Assembly: GCA_964647565.1 (NCBI GenBank)
Contig: CAZYIM010000023.1
Span: 1-43,127 of the forward strand
Length of the DNA: 43,127 nucleotides
Source: an uncultured Methanosarcinales archaeon
GTDB lineage: Archaea; Nanobdellota; Nanobdellia; Woesearchaeales; CAZYIM01
Direction of reading: 5' to 3'
Shown piece after piece: positions 17,589-26,386 of the stretch (position 1 is its first letter; every line of letters starts with the position of its first letter). A program made the translations under genes and the position numbers. Under the pieces are notes generated by a model. That model had not been told where the DNA came from and searched no databases. It saw nothing but the letters and a program-made list of their open reading frames with translations.

Positions 17589-18152
17589 CTAGACGACAAA
17601 TTCGGTTTCGTCAGAGTCTTTACTTTCATATAGTATAGTCTTCTTTCCAGGATAGAGACCCATGCTCGACATCTGGTTAAACTGGGCGGGATCCAAGGTC
17701 AGATATATGATCTTATAGTCGTAGCGATCCTTGATGTTAGCCACTGTTGACCTGATGAAATCCCTGTTCAATCCCGTACCTATTATAAGTAGATTAGCCT
17801 TGTTTTTTTCCTCTTTTCCATGTAGAACCACCATCTGCAGGCCGTCAAGATCTCTGATCTTGTCTATGAAATCATTTAAGATGGATCTCTTGTCTTCCAG
17901 GAACTGCTGCAAAACATCGATATTAGGGCCCTTTTTGAGGCTGTAGAGCTTAAATTTCTTGATTTTGTGCTCTTCTATAAGCTCAAGAGAACGCAGCTTA
18001 GAGACGATCCTAAAGACTGTGGCTACAGGCACCCTGGTCTTCCTCGATAATTCACGTAGATAAAACTCTTCCTCTGGATTGTTCAGGAACACCCTGAGTA
18101 TGTTGAGGATCTTCTTATCGAACAACTCCTCAAGCAGTTTACCTGTCTCCAT
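17589..18152 (-). CDS. Winged-helix DNA-binding protein fused to a degenerate nucleotidyltransferase-like domain
   Basis: ILRVFLNNPEEEFYLRELSRKTRVPVATVFRIVSKL is a wHTH. C-terminal VVLHG...ANLLIIG resembles an MNT fold lacking GS and DxD. Confidence 0.75.
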   Translation of the reverse strand: METGKLLEELFDKKILNILRVFLNNPEEEFYLRELSRKTRVPVATVFRIVSKLRSLELIEEHKIKKFKLYSLKKGPNIDVLQQFLEDKRSILNDFIDKIRDLDGLQMVVLHGKEEKNKANLLIIGTGLNRDFIRSTVANIKDRYDYKIIYLTLDPAQFNQMSSMGLYPGKKTILYESKDSDETEFVV

Positions 18153-18193
18153 GAAAACATTACTTGGGTTAACCCCTATTTATATTTTTCGTT

Positions 18194-18212
18194 TTTGAAA
18201 CATTGTTTCAAA
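18194..18212. promoter_or_regulatory. Perfect 9+1+9 palindrome upstream of the wHTH gene, candidate operator
   Basis: TTTGAAACA-T-TGTTTCAAA, about 40 nt upstream of the start at 18152, beside a TATA-like tract. Confidence 0.5.
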
Positions 18213-18279
18213 TTTGAAAAACTTAGAAGAGAAATAATCTACTCTAACAATTAATATGCTGAAAGAAATATAAAAAGGA

Positions 18280-18657
18280 TTATATTTTCCTTGCCTGAGT
18301 TTCGTAATAGAAAATATCTTTCAGGGGTTTGAGTAAACCCTTCATCAGGCCTTTTTTTCTAATATCGTGTGCTGCTTTTGGTTCGGGATGATGTCTTTGT
18401 TCATTATAGACAAGATACTCGATACCCTCATTTTGGGTAACGCCTGCAACATAAACTGTGAATTCTGGCCCCCTTCGATCCAATGCTTGCTTAGCTTCTT
18501 CATCTTCAAATTCAGCAAAGGTTGCAATCTCTTTGACTGGGAAGTGCATTCCTTGAATTACCTCGTTATAATCGAGTTTTTCGAGCATAAGATCTTTGAT
18601 GGTTAATCCTGGCACCTCATCGTGATCGTTGATATAAACCACAATATTTTGAGTCAT
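18280..18657 (-). CDS. Hypothetical protein
   Basis: 125-aa ATG ORF with natural composition, TATA-like TTTAAAT about 25 nt upstream. Confidence 0.65.
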   Translation of the reverse strand: MTQNIVVYINDHDEVPGLTIKDLMLEKLDYNEVIQGMHFPVKEIATFAEFEDEEAKQALDRRGPEFTVYVAGVTQNEGIEYLVYNEQRHHPEPKAAHDIRKKGLMKGLLKPLKDIFYYETQARKI

Positions 18658-18708
18658 TTTATAGTGGTAACTGTTCAGAATTTAAATATTTTTCGAGAAT
18701 CAGAAATG

Positions 18709-18796
18709 AATCAATCACAACTGCGGGGGTAAAGGGTGTTAGTTGGCTGAGGGGTGGTATGTTAAAGAAAACATACGCCCCGCAGTTGTATTGATT
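18709..18796. ncRNA. Structured RNA-like element, copy 1
   Basis: Closing stem AATCAAT-C-ACAACTGCGGGG / CCCCGCAGTTGT-ATTGATT around a 36-nt core, with inner hairpin GTATGTT/AACATAC. Confidence 0.6.
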
Positions 18797-18814
18797 GAAC
18801 GTGATGTGGGTAAG

Positions 18815-18898
18815 AACCAATCGGTTGCAGGGGTAAAGGGTGTTAGTTGGCTGAGGGGTGGTATGGATAAAGAATTACCGCCTGCAACTTGATTGGTT
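18815..18898. ncRNA. Structured RNA-like element, copy 2
   Basis: Closing stem AACCAATC-G-GTTGCAGG / CCTGCAAC-TT-GATTGGTT around the identical 36-nt core (18830-18865 = 18726-18761). Confidence 0.6.
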
Positions 18899-18902
18899 AT
18901 GA

Positions 18903-19019
18903 TTATGCTTCATCATATGCTTCGTGCATATAATGGGTGTATTCGGCCAGTTCAACCTGGTCTTTTGCATCTTTTTTGATGTTAGTTTTTTCGACAAGTT
19001 TGGATAGTTCATCTGTCAT
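18903..19019 (-). CDS. Small 38-aa protein not in the ORF track (MTDELSKLVEKTNIKKDAKDQVELAEYTHYMHEAYDEA)
   Basis: ATG at 19019, AGGTGGT RBS 5 nt upstream, TTTATATAG TATA-like box at about 19054-19062, TAA at 18905-18903. Confidence 0.7.
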   Translation of the reverse strand: MTDELSKLVEKTNIKKDAKDQVELAEYTHYMHEAYDEA

Positions 19020-19128
19020 TTTTTACCACCTACAAGTAATAATGTATAAACTACTATATAAATGTTTCGTTTTTTTACCCCTTTTTAGTGGTAAAAATCA
19101 GAATATTAATAAAGTTAAGGAGTTTCTT

Positions 19129-19854
19129 ATGACTATGAAACTCACATATAAGACTGTAAAAAATATCGGCAGAGTCATGTGTGCAAGTGTCCAGCTTTAT
19201 GTTACAGGTAAAGAGCATGTTAAACCTGGCTCTGGTCTGGTGATCGCTAATCATCCTCATGGCCTGGAAGAGATCTTAATGATAGGAGCCCAATTCCAAG
19301 AGCGTCTTGCTTATATGGCCAACCAGCAGTTTTTTGATAAGCTCTGGGTTGGATCCCGAGTAGAGACCTATTTTTCAGAACATCTGGGTGTCAAGTCTGG
19401 AATCCTAGTGGACAAGATTGTCAAAGCCGCTGCAGATCTCGTCAATGATTCCATATCTGAGATGGATGTAGTGCCTGTTAAGATGAGCGGCGCTAAAAGA
19501 GAAGGAGATATAGGCATAAGTAATTTTAAAAAAGCAATACGCTATGTTGGAGGAGGCCAGAAGCTGGTAATCTTCCCAGAAGGAAGAAAAACCCTGAGTG
19601 AGAAGCTAAAACCTTTTAATCCGGGCCTTGGAGCTCTGGCCTATTCGCTTCATATTCGAGGCCATGATGTTCCTGTCTATCCAGTTAGAGTGGTAGGCTT
19701 TTCAAAGCTTACGAAACTAAGAATCCTGACCAGACCTTTGCTGAAGATCCATTTTGGTGAGCCGCTTTACATAAAGGATTATATGAATGAGACCAGAAAA
19801 GAGACTATAAATCTTTTTGTAGATGTCCTGTACGATACTATGAGAAGCATGTAA
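19129..19854 (+). CDS. PlsC-like lysophospholipid/1-acyl-glycerol-3-phosphate acyltransferase family protein
   Basis: LVIANHPHGLEE (HxxxxD-type motif with E), IFPEG, VPVYPV. AAGGAG RBS favours ATG 19129; the longer GTG start would overlap the 38-aa ORF and its promoter. Confidence 0.85.
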   Translation: MTMKLTYKTVKNIGRVMCASVQLYVTGKEHVKPGSGLVIANHPHGLEEILMIGAQFQERLAYMANQQFFDKLWVGSRVETYFSEHLGVKSGILVDKIVKAAADLVNDSISEMDVVPVKMSGAKREGDIGISNFKKAIRYVGGGQKLVIFPEGRKTLSEKLKPFNPGLGALAYSLHIRGHDVPVYPVRVVGFSKLTKLRILTRPLLKIHFGEPLYIKDYMNETRKETINLFVDVLYDTMRSM

Positions 19855-19860
19855 TAAGAT

Positions 19861-20916
19861 TTATGAAACCTTATAGTCTGGATACAATTTTTGCATTTTT
19901 TGATATACTGATTCTAATCTAGAAAATTCTTTATCCCACTTAGGATTGCCAAACTGGATCTTATGATTACATTCAACCTCTTTTATTTCATATTTGAGCT
20001 TTGGAAAATAGTCTTTCCTATATCGATTCTTGGCAATAGTATCAAGAAGATCTTGAAAAACATCCTGATCTTGGTCAGGAGACATGACAATTGCAGGTGT
20101 AAAAGCAGGATGATTGTACATGTTATGGTTAATAATCCTTGCTTCTTCGCCAGGAGGGATGATTAAAAATTCAATTGCATCTTCAAGCCCCAGAGGCTCT
20201 TCTCGAGGAGCAAATGCTGGGTGATAACATCTTCTAAAAAGACAATCCTCATTATTAAAAAACATAACAGAATCTATAAAGGGATCAACATCATTTCTCA
20301 AGGTTTTTCGTAAATAATTCTCGACGGGCCACTGATCAACAGCAATTGAAGTAAACAGTTTGGCGAGAGTATCCCAGTTCTGAAACTTAACAAGATAAAT
20401 CCTGGGATTATCTTTTCTTTTCATTGTGAGGTCTAAATATTTGGCAAAAGATGCTGCGTGTTTTTCTGATAACTCCGATGTTTTTTTCAGTTTATCTTTG
20501 CTTGTGTAGTCAGGTGCATGTTCCAGATGAAACGCTATATGTGTCGGTTTACTATTTGAGGAGTGTGTAGAAATGTCCACGTTGCCAATCCTTTGAGATC
20601 GGATGCTTATTCCACCAGTTTTTTGAATTGATCTTAAATCTACAAATGGATGATATTGAGTAGTATTATTGTCGATGATATCGATATTAGGTCCGAAGGT
20701 CCATAAGGCATAACGGCTAACTCCTTCAGCGGGTGTTCCTGGTAAGCACCAATCATCCATGCCTGTTTTAAATTGGATTTCCGGGAATTTCCCTGATTTG
20801 TAGAAGCTTTCAATTGTATATGTTAAAAAATTCTTTTTTTCATAAAGGGGTAATCGTTTATTAAATTTTAAGCTGACTAAATTTCCCTCTAAGATTACAT
20901 CCTGATAGCCTATCAT
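19861..20916 (-). CDS. Hypothetical protein
   Basis: 351-aa ATG ORF; no recognisable motif. Confidence 0.75.
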   Translation of the reverse strand: MIGYQDVILEGNLVSLKFNKRLPLYEKKNFLTYTIESFYKSGKFPEIQFKTGMDDWCLPGTPAEGVSRYALWTFGPNIDIIDNNTTQYHPFVDLRSIQKTGGISIRSQRIGNVDISTHSSNSKPTHIAFHLEHAPDYTSKDKLKKTSELSEKHAASFAKYLDLTMKRKDNPRIYLVKFQNWDTLAKLFTSIAVDQWPVENYLRKTLRNDVDPFIDSVMFFNNEDCLFRRCYHPAFAPREEPLGLEDAIEFLIIPPGEEARIINHNMYNHPAFTPAIVMSPDQDQDVFQDLLDTIAKNRYRKDYFPKLKYEIKEVECNHKIQFGNPKWDKEFSRLESVYQKMQKLYPDYKVS

Positions 20917-20947
20917 TCAGAAGAAGAATTTAATGGATTATATAAAA

Positions 20948-22708
20948 CTAATGCACATTACCCCTGTGTCTCTGCTTCTCAAAAGCCTTCTTGACCTCGC
21001 TTACTTCTGAGATCTCCTCAGCACGTCTGTCATCCCTTAGATTGACTAATCGAGGAAATCTCATAGCATAACCAGATGAATATGTAGGGCTTCTTTGAAT
21101 CTCCTCAAACTTAACTTCGATGACAATACTAGGTTTTATTATGACTTCTCTTCCCTTTTCAGATTTGATGTGCGGCTTTATGACGTCTGTAAGCTGCTGG
21201 AAAGTGACGCCCTCACCCTCAAGCTCCTTGATACCAGTACCAACCTTACCAATCTCAACAAATTCATCCCCATTTTTACAGGCAACTGTAAAAGATGTCA
21301 GCCAGCCGCTTCTCTTGCCTTCTCCCCATTCAGCACCTACAATGACCAGGTCCAGGGTGTCCATGGTTGGCTTTAATTTTACCATATAACCTACTCTTGA
21401 ACCAGGCTTGTAAATACCCTTTAGATTCTTGAGCATGACACCCTCATTACCCTTGCTCAATGCCTCCTTGTAGAAGGCCTCAGCCTCTTTTTCATCCTCT
21501 GTGATCAGCTTTTTAGCCAGTACAAGCAGATTTTTCTTTTCTTTGATGATTTTTTCTAAGAGTTCCCTTCTTTTCTCAAAGGGTTCATGAAGCAGGTTTT
21601 TTTTGTTATAATATAGGACATCAAAGAGGTTTAGTTCGACAGGGAACTTGGTTGCCATCTCATGTATGTTATATTTTCTTCTTATTCTCTGGGAAACCAT
21701 CTGGAATGGCATATAGTTGCCTGTTTTTGGATCAAAACCAACAGCTTCACCATCCAGAATAAAGCTCTCTGCGTCAACATTCTTCTTTACAGCATCAACC
21801 ACCTCGGGAAATTGGTTGGTGACATTCTCTAGTCTCCTGGTAAAAATAGTGATTTCGCTGCCTGATTTATGGATGTTCATCCTAAAACCATCATACTTAT
21901 ATTCGAGCTCAGCAGGCACGCCAACCTTATCAAAACCCTCTTTCACATCAGCCACTTTTTGGGCCAGCATTACTTTTAGGGGCACACCCGGAACAACATC
22001 CACTTTTTTCAAGACTTCAATACCTTTCTGGGCTTTTTCAGCCACCAAGGCAAAGTCATTGGTCTTGTTATAGGCAGCTTCTATGCTGGCTATATATTCA
22101 TTGTATTCTTCACGATTGTCAGGGGTGATGCTCTTGGCTTTTTCGTCATAGTTAACCCGGATATCAGGAAAATAGGCCCAGCAGATAGCATCCCTGATGC
22201 TGCCAGAGCCAATTCCTACTCTTAGGTCTTCTAAGGATGTTCTTACAACAAACTTGGCCTCCAAGGGCTTGGCAGATGATAAGAGTTCTGCAATCAGTTT
22301 GATTTTTCTGTCAACAGAGCCTGCACCCTCTAATGTAGCCAGCTTTTGAAGATTAGAGAAGACCTTGTGTACAGTCAGATCCTCTGAAAAAAGGGTTACC
22401 TGTTTCTTCTTGCCAATCAAGTTCTGTGCAACCAGACCAAGATCGCCTGTTTTCTTCCACTCTTCCTCTATTTCCTTGCTGGAGATGCCTGAAGCAGTCT
22501 GGATGGCCTTTATGACCAATCTTTCTGCAACCCCGATTTTTCGTTCATCCCATTCAGGAAAGAGTCTGCCCTGTAAAAGGAAGATAATCTCCCGAAGATC
22601 CTCATTTTTAGCCTCTTGCAACAGCTTGGAGACAAAAAAGGTCTTTTCAAGCCTCTTGCTTGTGGATTCCAGCTTCTCATAGATCTCAGCCAAAGAGATA
22701 TAGTTCAT
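20948..22708 (-). CDS. lig: ATP-dependent DNA ligase (archaeal)
   Basis: EYKYDG adenylation motif, ILDGE, FDVLY, EGVMLK, AEWGEGKR, MRFPR. Confidence 0.98.
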   Translation of the reverse strand: MNYISLAEIYEKLESTSKRLEKTFFVSKLLQEAKNEDLREIIFLLQGRLFPEWDERKIGVAERLVIKAIQTASGISSKEIEEEWKKTGDLGLVAQNLIGKKKQVTLFSEDLTVHKVFSNLQKLATLEGAGSVDRKIKLIAELLSSAKPLEAKFVVRTSLEDLRVGIGSGSIRDAICWAYFPDIRVNYDEKAKSITPDNREEYNEYIASIEAAYNKTNDFALVAEKAQKGIEVLKKVDVVPGVPLKVMLAQKVADVKEGFDKVGVPAELEYKYDGFRMNIHKSGSEITIFTRRLENVTNQFPEVVDAVKKNVDAESFILDGEAVGFDPKTGNYMPFQMVSQRIRRKYNIHEMATKFPVELNLFDVLYYNKKNLLHEPFEKRRELLEKIIKEKKNLLVLAKKLITEDEKEAEAFYKEALSKGNEGVMLKNLKGIYKPGSRVGYMVKLKPTMDTLDLVIVGAEWGEGKRSGWLTSFTVACKNGDEFVEIGKVGTGIKELEGEGVTFQQLTDVIKPHIKSEKGREVIIKPSIVIEVKFEEIQRSPTYSSGYAMRFPRLVNLRDDRRAEEISEVSEVKKAFEKQRHRGNVH

Positions 22709-22800
22709 GAGAAAGCAGAGGTGAGGGTAGTTTATATACTTTTTTAATAAAATCTAAAGGTATAAATAATAGGGCGTCTTATATTTTATAAGGTGATCTG

Positions 22801-22983
22801 ATGAAAGAAATGGGCATGATTTATAGGGTGATGACCAAGTTGGGTTATAATTCTCAACAGAGACGAGAAAGGGCGCGTCTAAGACAGGATAGAAATGATC
22901 AGTTCTATGAAAATCTTGAAACAATGATGGAAGATGTTAAGGCATTCGATTTTCCTCGATGGATGAACTATCTTAAGTTGTAG
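22801..22983 (+). CDS. Small hypothetical protein (60 aa)
   Basis: AGGTGA RBS just upstream; fills the intergenic gap without overlap. Confidence 0.6.
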   Translation: MKEMGMIYRVMTKLGYNSQQRRERARLRQDRNDQFYENLETMMEDVKAFDFPRWMNYLKL

Positions 22984-22984
22984 A

Positions 22985-23359
22985 TTAAGCGTATTTTACA
23001 GCACCAGTAGGAATAATCTTCACTTTATCTTTGATTTCATACAAGCAAAGTGGTTGTTGGGATCTTGACAAAGGAAATTGAATGATATCTCTCTCCAGCA
23101 GAAATTGTTTTGCTTCAGGTTTTGAATATTTGCCTGTTAAATGAGGCTTTTGATCCAGGATTAGAACATACTGGCCTATTCTACCTTCTAAAAGCCATTG
23201 TTTTTTGTTATTAAGATAGACTCGGTGATTCTTAATAACAGTAAGATCCTCCATAGCATCCTGGGTTCGGGTGATAGTATATCTCAGGGCAGCTAACTGT
23301 TCCTTGACGAACCACTCCAAAGGTGACATGTCCTCTTTTTCAGGTTGTTCCACTATCAT
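22985..23359 (-). CDS. Hypothetical protein
   Basis: 124-aa ATG ORF, non-overlapping. Confidence 0.6.
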   Translation of the reverse strand: MIVEQPEKEDMSPLEWFVKEQLAALRYTITRTQDAMEDLTVIKNHRVYLNNKKQWLLEGRIGQYVLILDQKPHLTGKYSKPEAKQFLLERDIIQFPLSRSQQPLCLYEIKDKVKIIPTGAVKYA

Positions 23360-23446
23360 TTTTATTTACTAGGTCTTTAGTAAATTTATATCTTTCTCTT
23401 TATATGCTACACAAAATATTTAAACCAATTATAATTCGACATTTCT

Positions 23447-24502
23447 ATGGGTGTGTTTGATAATATATTGGCATCTGATCAGACTTTGATTAAGAATGAG
23501 GCTGCGTTGGATTTTGAATTTATTCCTAAGAGCCTTCCGCATAGGGAGCGAGAACAGCAGAGAGTGGCTGCAGCAATTGCTCCGCTTTTTAAGGAGCACA
23601 ATGGTAGAAATGTCTTTATCTTTGGCAGTCCTGGGATCGGCAAGACTGCAGCTGTCAAGCATATTTTGAGAGAGATGGAAGATAAGACAGATGATATTGT
23701 TCCATTGTACGTGAATTGCTGGCAGAAGAACTCGACTTTCAAGATACTGGTAGAACTTTGTGATCTTCTGGACTATAAGTTTACCCAGAACAAGAAGACA
23801 ACAGAGCTGATGAAGGTAATTGAGACCATTGTCAACAAAAAATCTGCTGTTTTTGTCTTTGATGAGATTGATAAGGTGGAGGATTTTGATTTCATGTACA
23901 ACCTGCTTGAAGATATCTATAAGAAAGCAGTCATACTGATAACCAATTATAAGGAATGGATGGTTGGCCTTGACGAGAGGATAAAATCAAGATTGACACC
24001 CGAATCCCTTGAATTCAAGCAGTATACCCTTGCAGAAACTAAAGATATTCTGAATCGGCGGCTTGAGGCTGCTTTTCATGAGGGTATCTGGGAGGATGAT
24101 GCCTTTGAGGCTGTAGTGCAGAAGACTGCGGGCCTTAAGGATATCAGGACAGGAATCTATCTTCTAAGAGAAGCAGCCATGCATGCAGAGGATCGCTCTT
24201 CAAAAAAGATCAATATTGATGATGTGCAGGCAGCCTTTGCCAAGATGGATGACTTTACCATTAAGAAAAGTACTGAGCTTGAGTCAGAGACCCAGCAGAT
24301 CCTTAAGATTGTCAGGGAGAACTCTGGCAAAAAGATCGGCGACCTCTACAAGGTCTATCAGGATCAGGGTGGTGAGGCCAGCTACAAGACCTTCCAGAGG
24401 AAGATAACATCTTTAGAGAAGAATAAGTTTGTTTCTCTTACCAAGTCTACAGGAGCAGGCGGCAACACAACCATAGTCGAGAAAAAACTGACTGAGTTCT
24501 AA
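23447..24502 (+). CDS. cdc6: Orc1/Cdc6 family AAA+ ATPase
   Basis: Walker A GSPGIGKT, YVNC, Walker B FDEID, LDERIKSRL, C-terminal wHTH. Confidence 0.93.
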   Translation: MGVFDNILASDQTLIKNEAALDFEFIPKSLPHREREQQRVAAAIAPLFKEHNGRNVFIFGSPGIGKTAAVKHILREMEDKTDDIVPLYVNCWQKNSTFKILVELCDLLDYKFTQNKKTTELMKVIETIVNKKSAVFVFDEIDKVEDFDFMYNLLEDIYKKAVILITNYKEWMVGLDERIKSRLTPESLEFKQYTLAETKDILNRRLEAAFHEGIWEDDAFEAVVQKTAGLKDIRTGIYLLREAAMHAEDRSSKKINIDDVQAAFAKMDDFTIKKSTELESETQQILKIVRENSGKKIGDLYKVYQDQGGEASYKTFQRKITSLEKNKFVSLTKSTGAGGNTTIVEKKLTEF

Positions 24503-24523
24503 TTTCTTTTTATCAAATAGCCT

Positions 24524-24832
24524 CTAACTTAACGTCTTGAATAAGCGGAATTCTTTGTTTTTACAACCAGGGCAATAGTATTCTTGGGTTGTTTGAAGAT
24601 AATGGGATGAATAGTCGCTATCTTCTGTTTTTTCATAAACCAAGTTCATATGGTCTTTACATTGTGGACAGTTAGGGTGGTACCCTGATTTAATTTCTTG
24701 CGCATTTTTGGCTTTCTGATAATTTTCCTTTTTTGCAACATATTCTTCATATGTTGATTCACATTCTTCGCCTGATCTTTTCCACATTTCAGTCCATGCC
24801 CGTTTGGTTAGGATATTGAGTGTTGTTGTCAT
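24524..24832 (-). CDS. Small zinc-ribbon protein
   Basis: CPQC...CPGC; strong GGAGGT RBS at about 24838-24844. Confidence 0.75.
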   Translation of the reverse strand: MTTTLNILTKRAWTEMWKRSGEECESTYEEYVAKKENYQKAKNAQEIKSGYHPNCPQCKDHMNLVYEKTEDSDYSSHYLQTTQEYYCPGCKNKEFRLFKTLS

Positions 24833-24893
24833 GTTTTAACCTCCCTTGTTACATTGAATTTGTTTATATCCATATAATGATTTTTATAGTATA

Positions 24894-24911
24894 ATAGGTA
24901 TGTATACCTAT
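24894..24911. promoter_or_regulatory. 8+2+8 palindrome in divergent promoter, candidate operator
   Basis: ATAGGTAT-GT-ATACCTAT, just upstream of the TTTATATA box of the AbrB-PhoU gene. Confidence 0.5.
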
Positions 24912-24954
24912 ATAACCATAAAATTTATATATTTCTGGAGCCTTAACGTAATTC

Positions 24955-25914
24955 ATGAGCAGAAAAATACTCCAAGCAGGACCTACAACTTTAGCAGTTT
25001 CCTTGCCGATGTCGTGGGTAAAGCGTTTTGATCTAAAAAAAGGTCAAGAACTCAGGGTTGAAGAACAGGGAAAGTGCCTCAAGGTTCAAACAGGAAATAG
25101 TAGGTCTGAGGATATGGCCCGAATTGATGTTGATCAGTATAAAAACCTATCTGCAAGATTAATAGGTAATCTATATAAGGCAGGCTATTCGAGAATAACT
25201 GCCTCATATGTGCAGGGTAAAATGATAAATTTCCAAGGTGTAGGGCAAAAGGAATTAGATGTGGTTAGGAACATGTTTGATCAACTTATAGGTATGCAAT
25301 TATGGGAAATAGGTTCTGATAAAATATCTAGTTATGCAACAGCTGTTGAGACAGCAAAACTTGATTCGAAAGAGTTTGATAATGTGTTCAATAAAATGAA
25401 TCTTCATCTGGTTCAACAGGCAGAGCAAGTATATACAGCACTTGTTAAGGGTAAAGACATATTTGATGAGGCGCGTCTTGCTGAAAGGCTTATAAACCAA
25501 ACCGCAGATTTCTGTATTAGAGTATTAATTTTGTTTGGATATGAGGACTTTAAAAAGACTATTCCCTATTATCATTCTGTTAGTAAACTTGAATCAATAG
25601 GTGATAAGTACTTCAAGATCGCTCTCCAATCTAAGAAATATGGCCTGATTCCTTCTAAGGAGGATCTTAAATACCTGAAAAAGACAAGTTCCTTTCTTAG
25701 GGAAATAGCTTCTTTATACAGGAAATTCGATAGAAAGAAGTTAACAAAACTCTCATCTGATCTTGTAGCTTTATCTAGGGGCTATGATAAAGACATAGCC
25801 AACAGAACTATTGAACCATCGCTGATATCTTGTAATATATACTCTATTTTTGAGGAGCTTTATGAACTTGTAGAAGCTATGTTTTTCCTAAACCATGCAT
25901 CTTTTCAGCAATAA
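24955..25914 (+). CDS. AbrB/MazE-domain + PhoU-like transcriptional regulator
   Basis: RKILQAGPTTLAVSLPMSWVKRFDLKKGQEL (AbrB/SpoVT), LYKAGY, LESIGD (PhoU-like). Confidence 0.85.
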   Translation: MSRKILQAGPTTLAVSLPMSWVKRFDLKKGQELRVEEQGKCLKVQTGNSRSEDMARIDVDQYKNLSARLIGNLYKAGYSRITASYVQGKMINFQGVGQKELDVVRNMFDQLIGMQLWEIGSDKISSYATAVETAKLDSKEFDNVFNKMNLHLVQQAEQVYTALVKGKDIFDEARLAERLINQTADFCIRVLILFGYEDFKKTIPYYHSVSKLESIGDKYFKIALQSKKYGLIPSKEDLKYLKKTSSFLREIASLYRKFDRKKLTKLSSDLVALSRGYDKDIANRTIEPSLISCNIYSIFEELYELVEAMFFLNHASFQQ

Positions 25915-26062
25915 AGACTTTTCACTGGACACATTTCTAAGGGCTTCTGATCGCTAAATTTAGCCATTTCAGCCTTTTTCTTATTTTCTTAGTCTAGCCA
26001 CTGGACAGGGCGGCGCGGGGTATATAAAGCCATTTTGTTCAAAGGGTATTGAGGTGATAATA

Positions 26063-26140
26063 ATGTCTGAAAACGAATTCATCGCAAACCTTTTTTTCAA
26101 GCAAGTTAGGGATTTTACCCGCAAGAGCCTGGAGGTGTAA
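26063..26140 (+). CDS. Micropeptide 1, 25 aa (MSENEFIANLFFKQVRDFTRKSLEV)
   Basis: GAGGTGA RBS at 26051-26057; TATATAAA box at 26021. Confidence 0.65.
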   Translation: MSENEFIANLFFKQVRDFTRKSLEV

Positions 26141-26141
26141 A

Positions 26142-26264
26142 ATGGAAGCAACAACAAGAAACTACAACTATTATGCAGAGAACATCACCCGTGTGGTGCT
26201 GGAACACGGCCTGATAGAACCTGATGAAAGAACTGACTTTGAAAGCTATGTGAGGGGATTTTAA
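26142..26264 (+). CDS. Micropeptide 2, 40 aa (MEATTRNYNYYAENITRVVLEHGLIEPDERTDFESYVRGF)
   Basis: GGAGGTG RBS embedded in the end of the previous ORF; starts 1 nt after its stop. Confidence 0.7.
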   Translation: MEATTRNYNYYAENITRVVLEHGLIEPDERTDFESYVRGF

Positions 26265-26386
26265 TGTTTAGGAAAAGAAAATATCTAAGTTGGGACAATT
26301 ACAAGGATAAGATAGATTTCATCGACATGTTTTACTGGCAGCAGGATGTAAGAAGGCAGAACCTCAGGAATACTGAAATCGCTTAA
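26264..26386 (+). CDS. Micropeptide 3, 40 aa (MFRKRKYLSWDNYKDKIDFIDMFYWQQDVRRQNLRNTEIA)
   Basis: GAGGGG RBS; TAATG stop/start overlap; followed by a T-rich tract. Confidence 0.65.
   Translation: MFRKRKYLSWDNYKDKIDFIDMFYWQQDVRRQNLRNTEIA

Noticed and set aside
18726..18865. 36-nt direct repeat as a CRISPR array
   Set aside because: Only two copies, a 68-nt intervening segment whose ends pair with the flanks, and no cas genes; it fits a structured RNA duplication better.
18937..19128. N-terminal extension of the acyltransferase in the ORF track
   Set aside because: GTG start without an RBS, overlapping a better-supported minus-strand small ORF and promoter; the RBS points to ATG 19129.
23360..23446. 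Replication origin beside cdc6
   Set aside because: Intergenic space is under 90 nt upstream and about 20 nt downstream, with no recognisable ORB/mini-ORB repeats.
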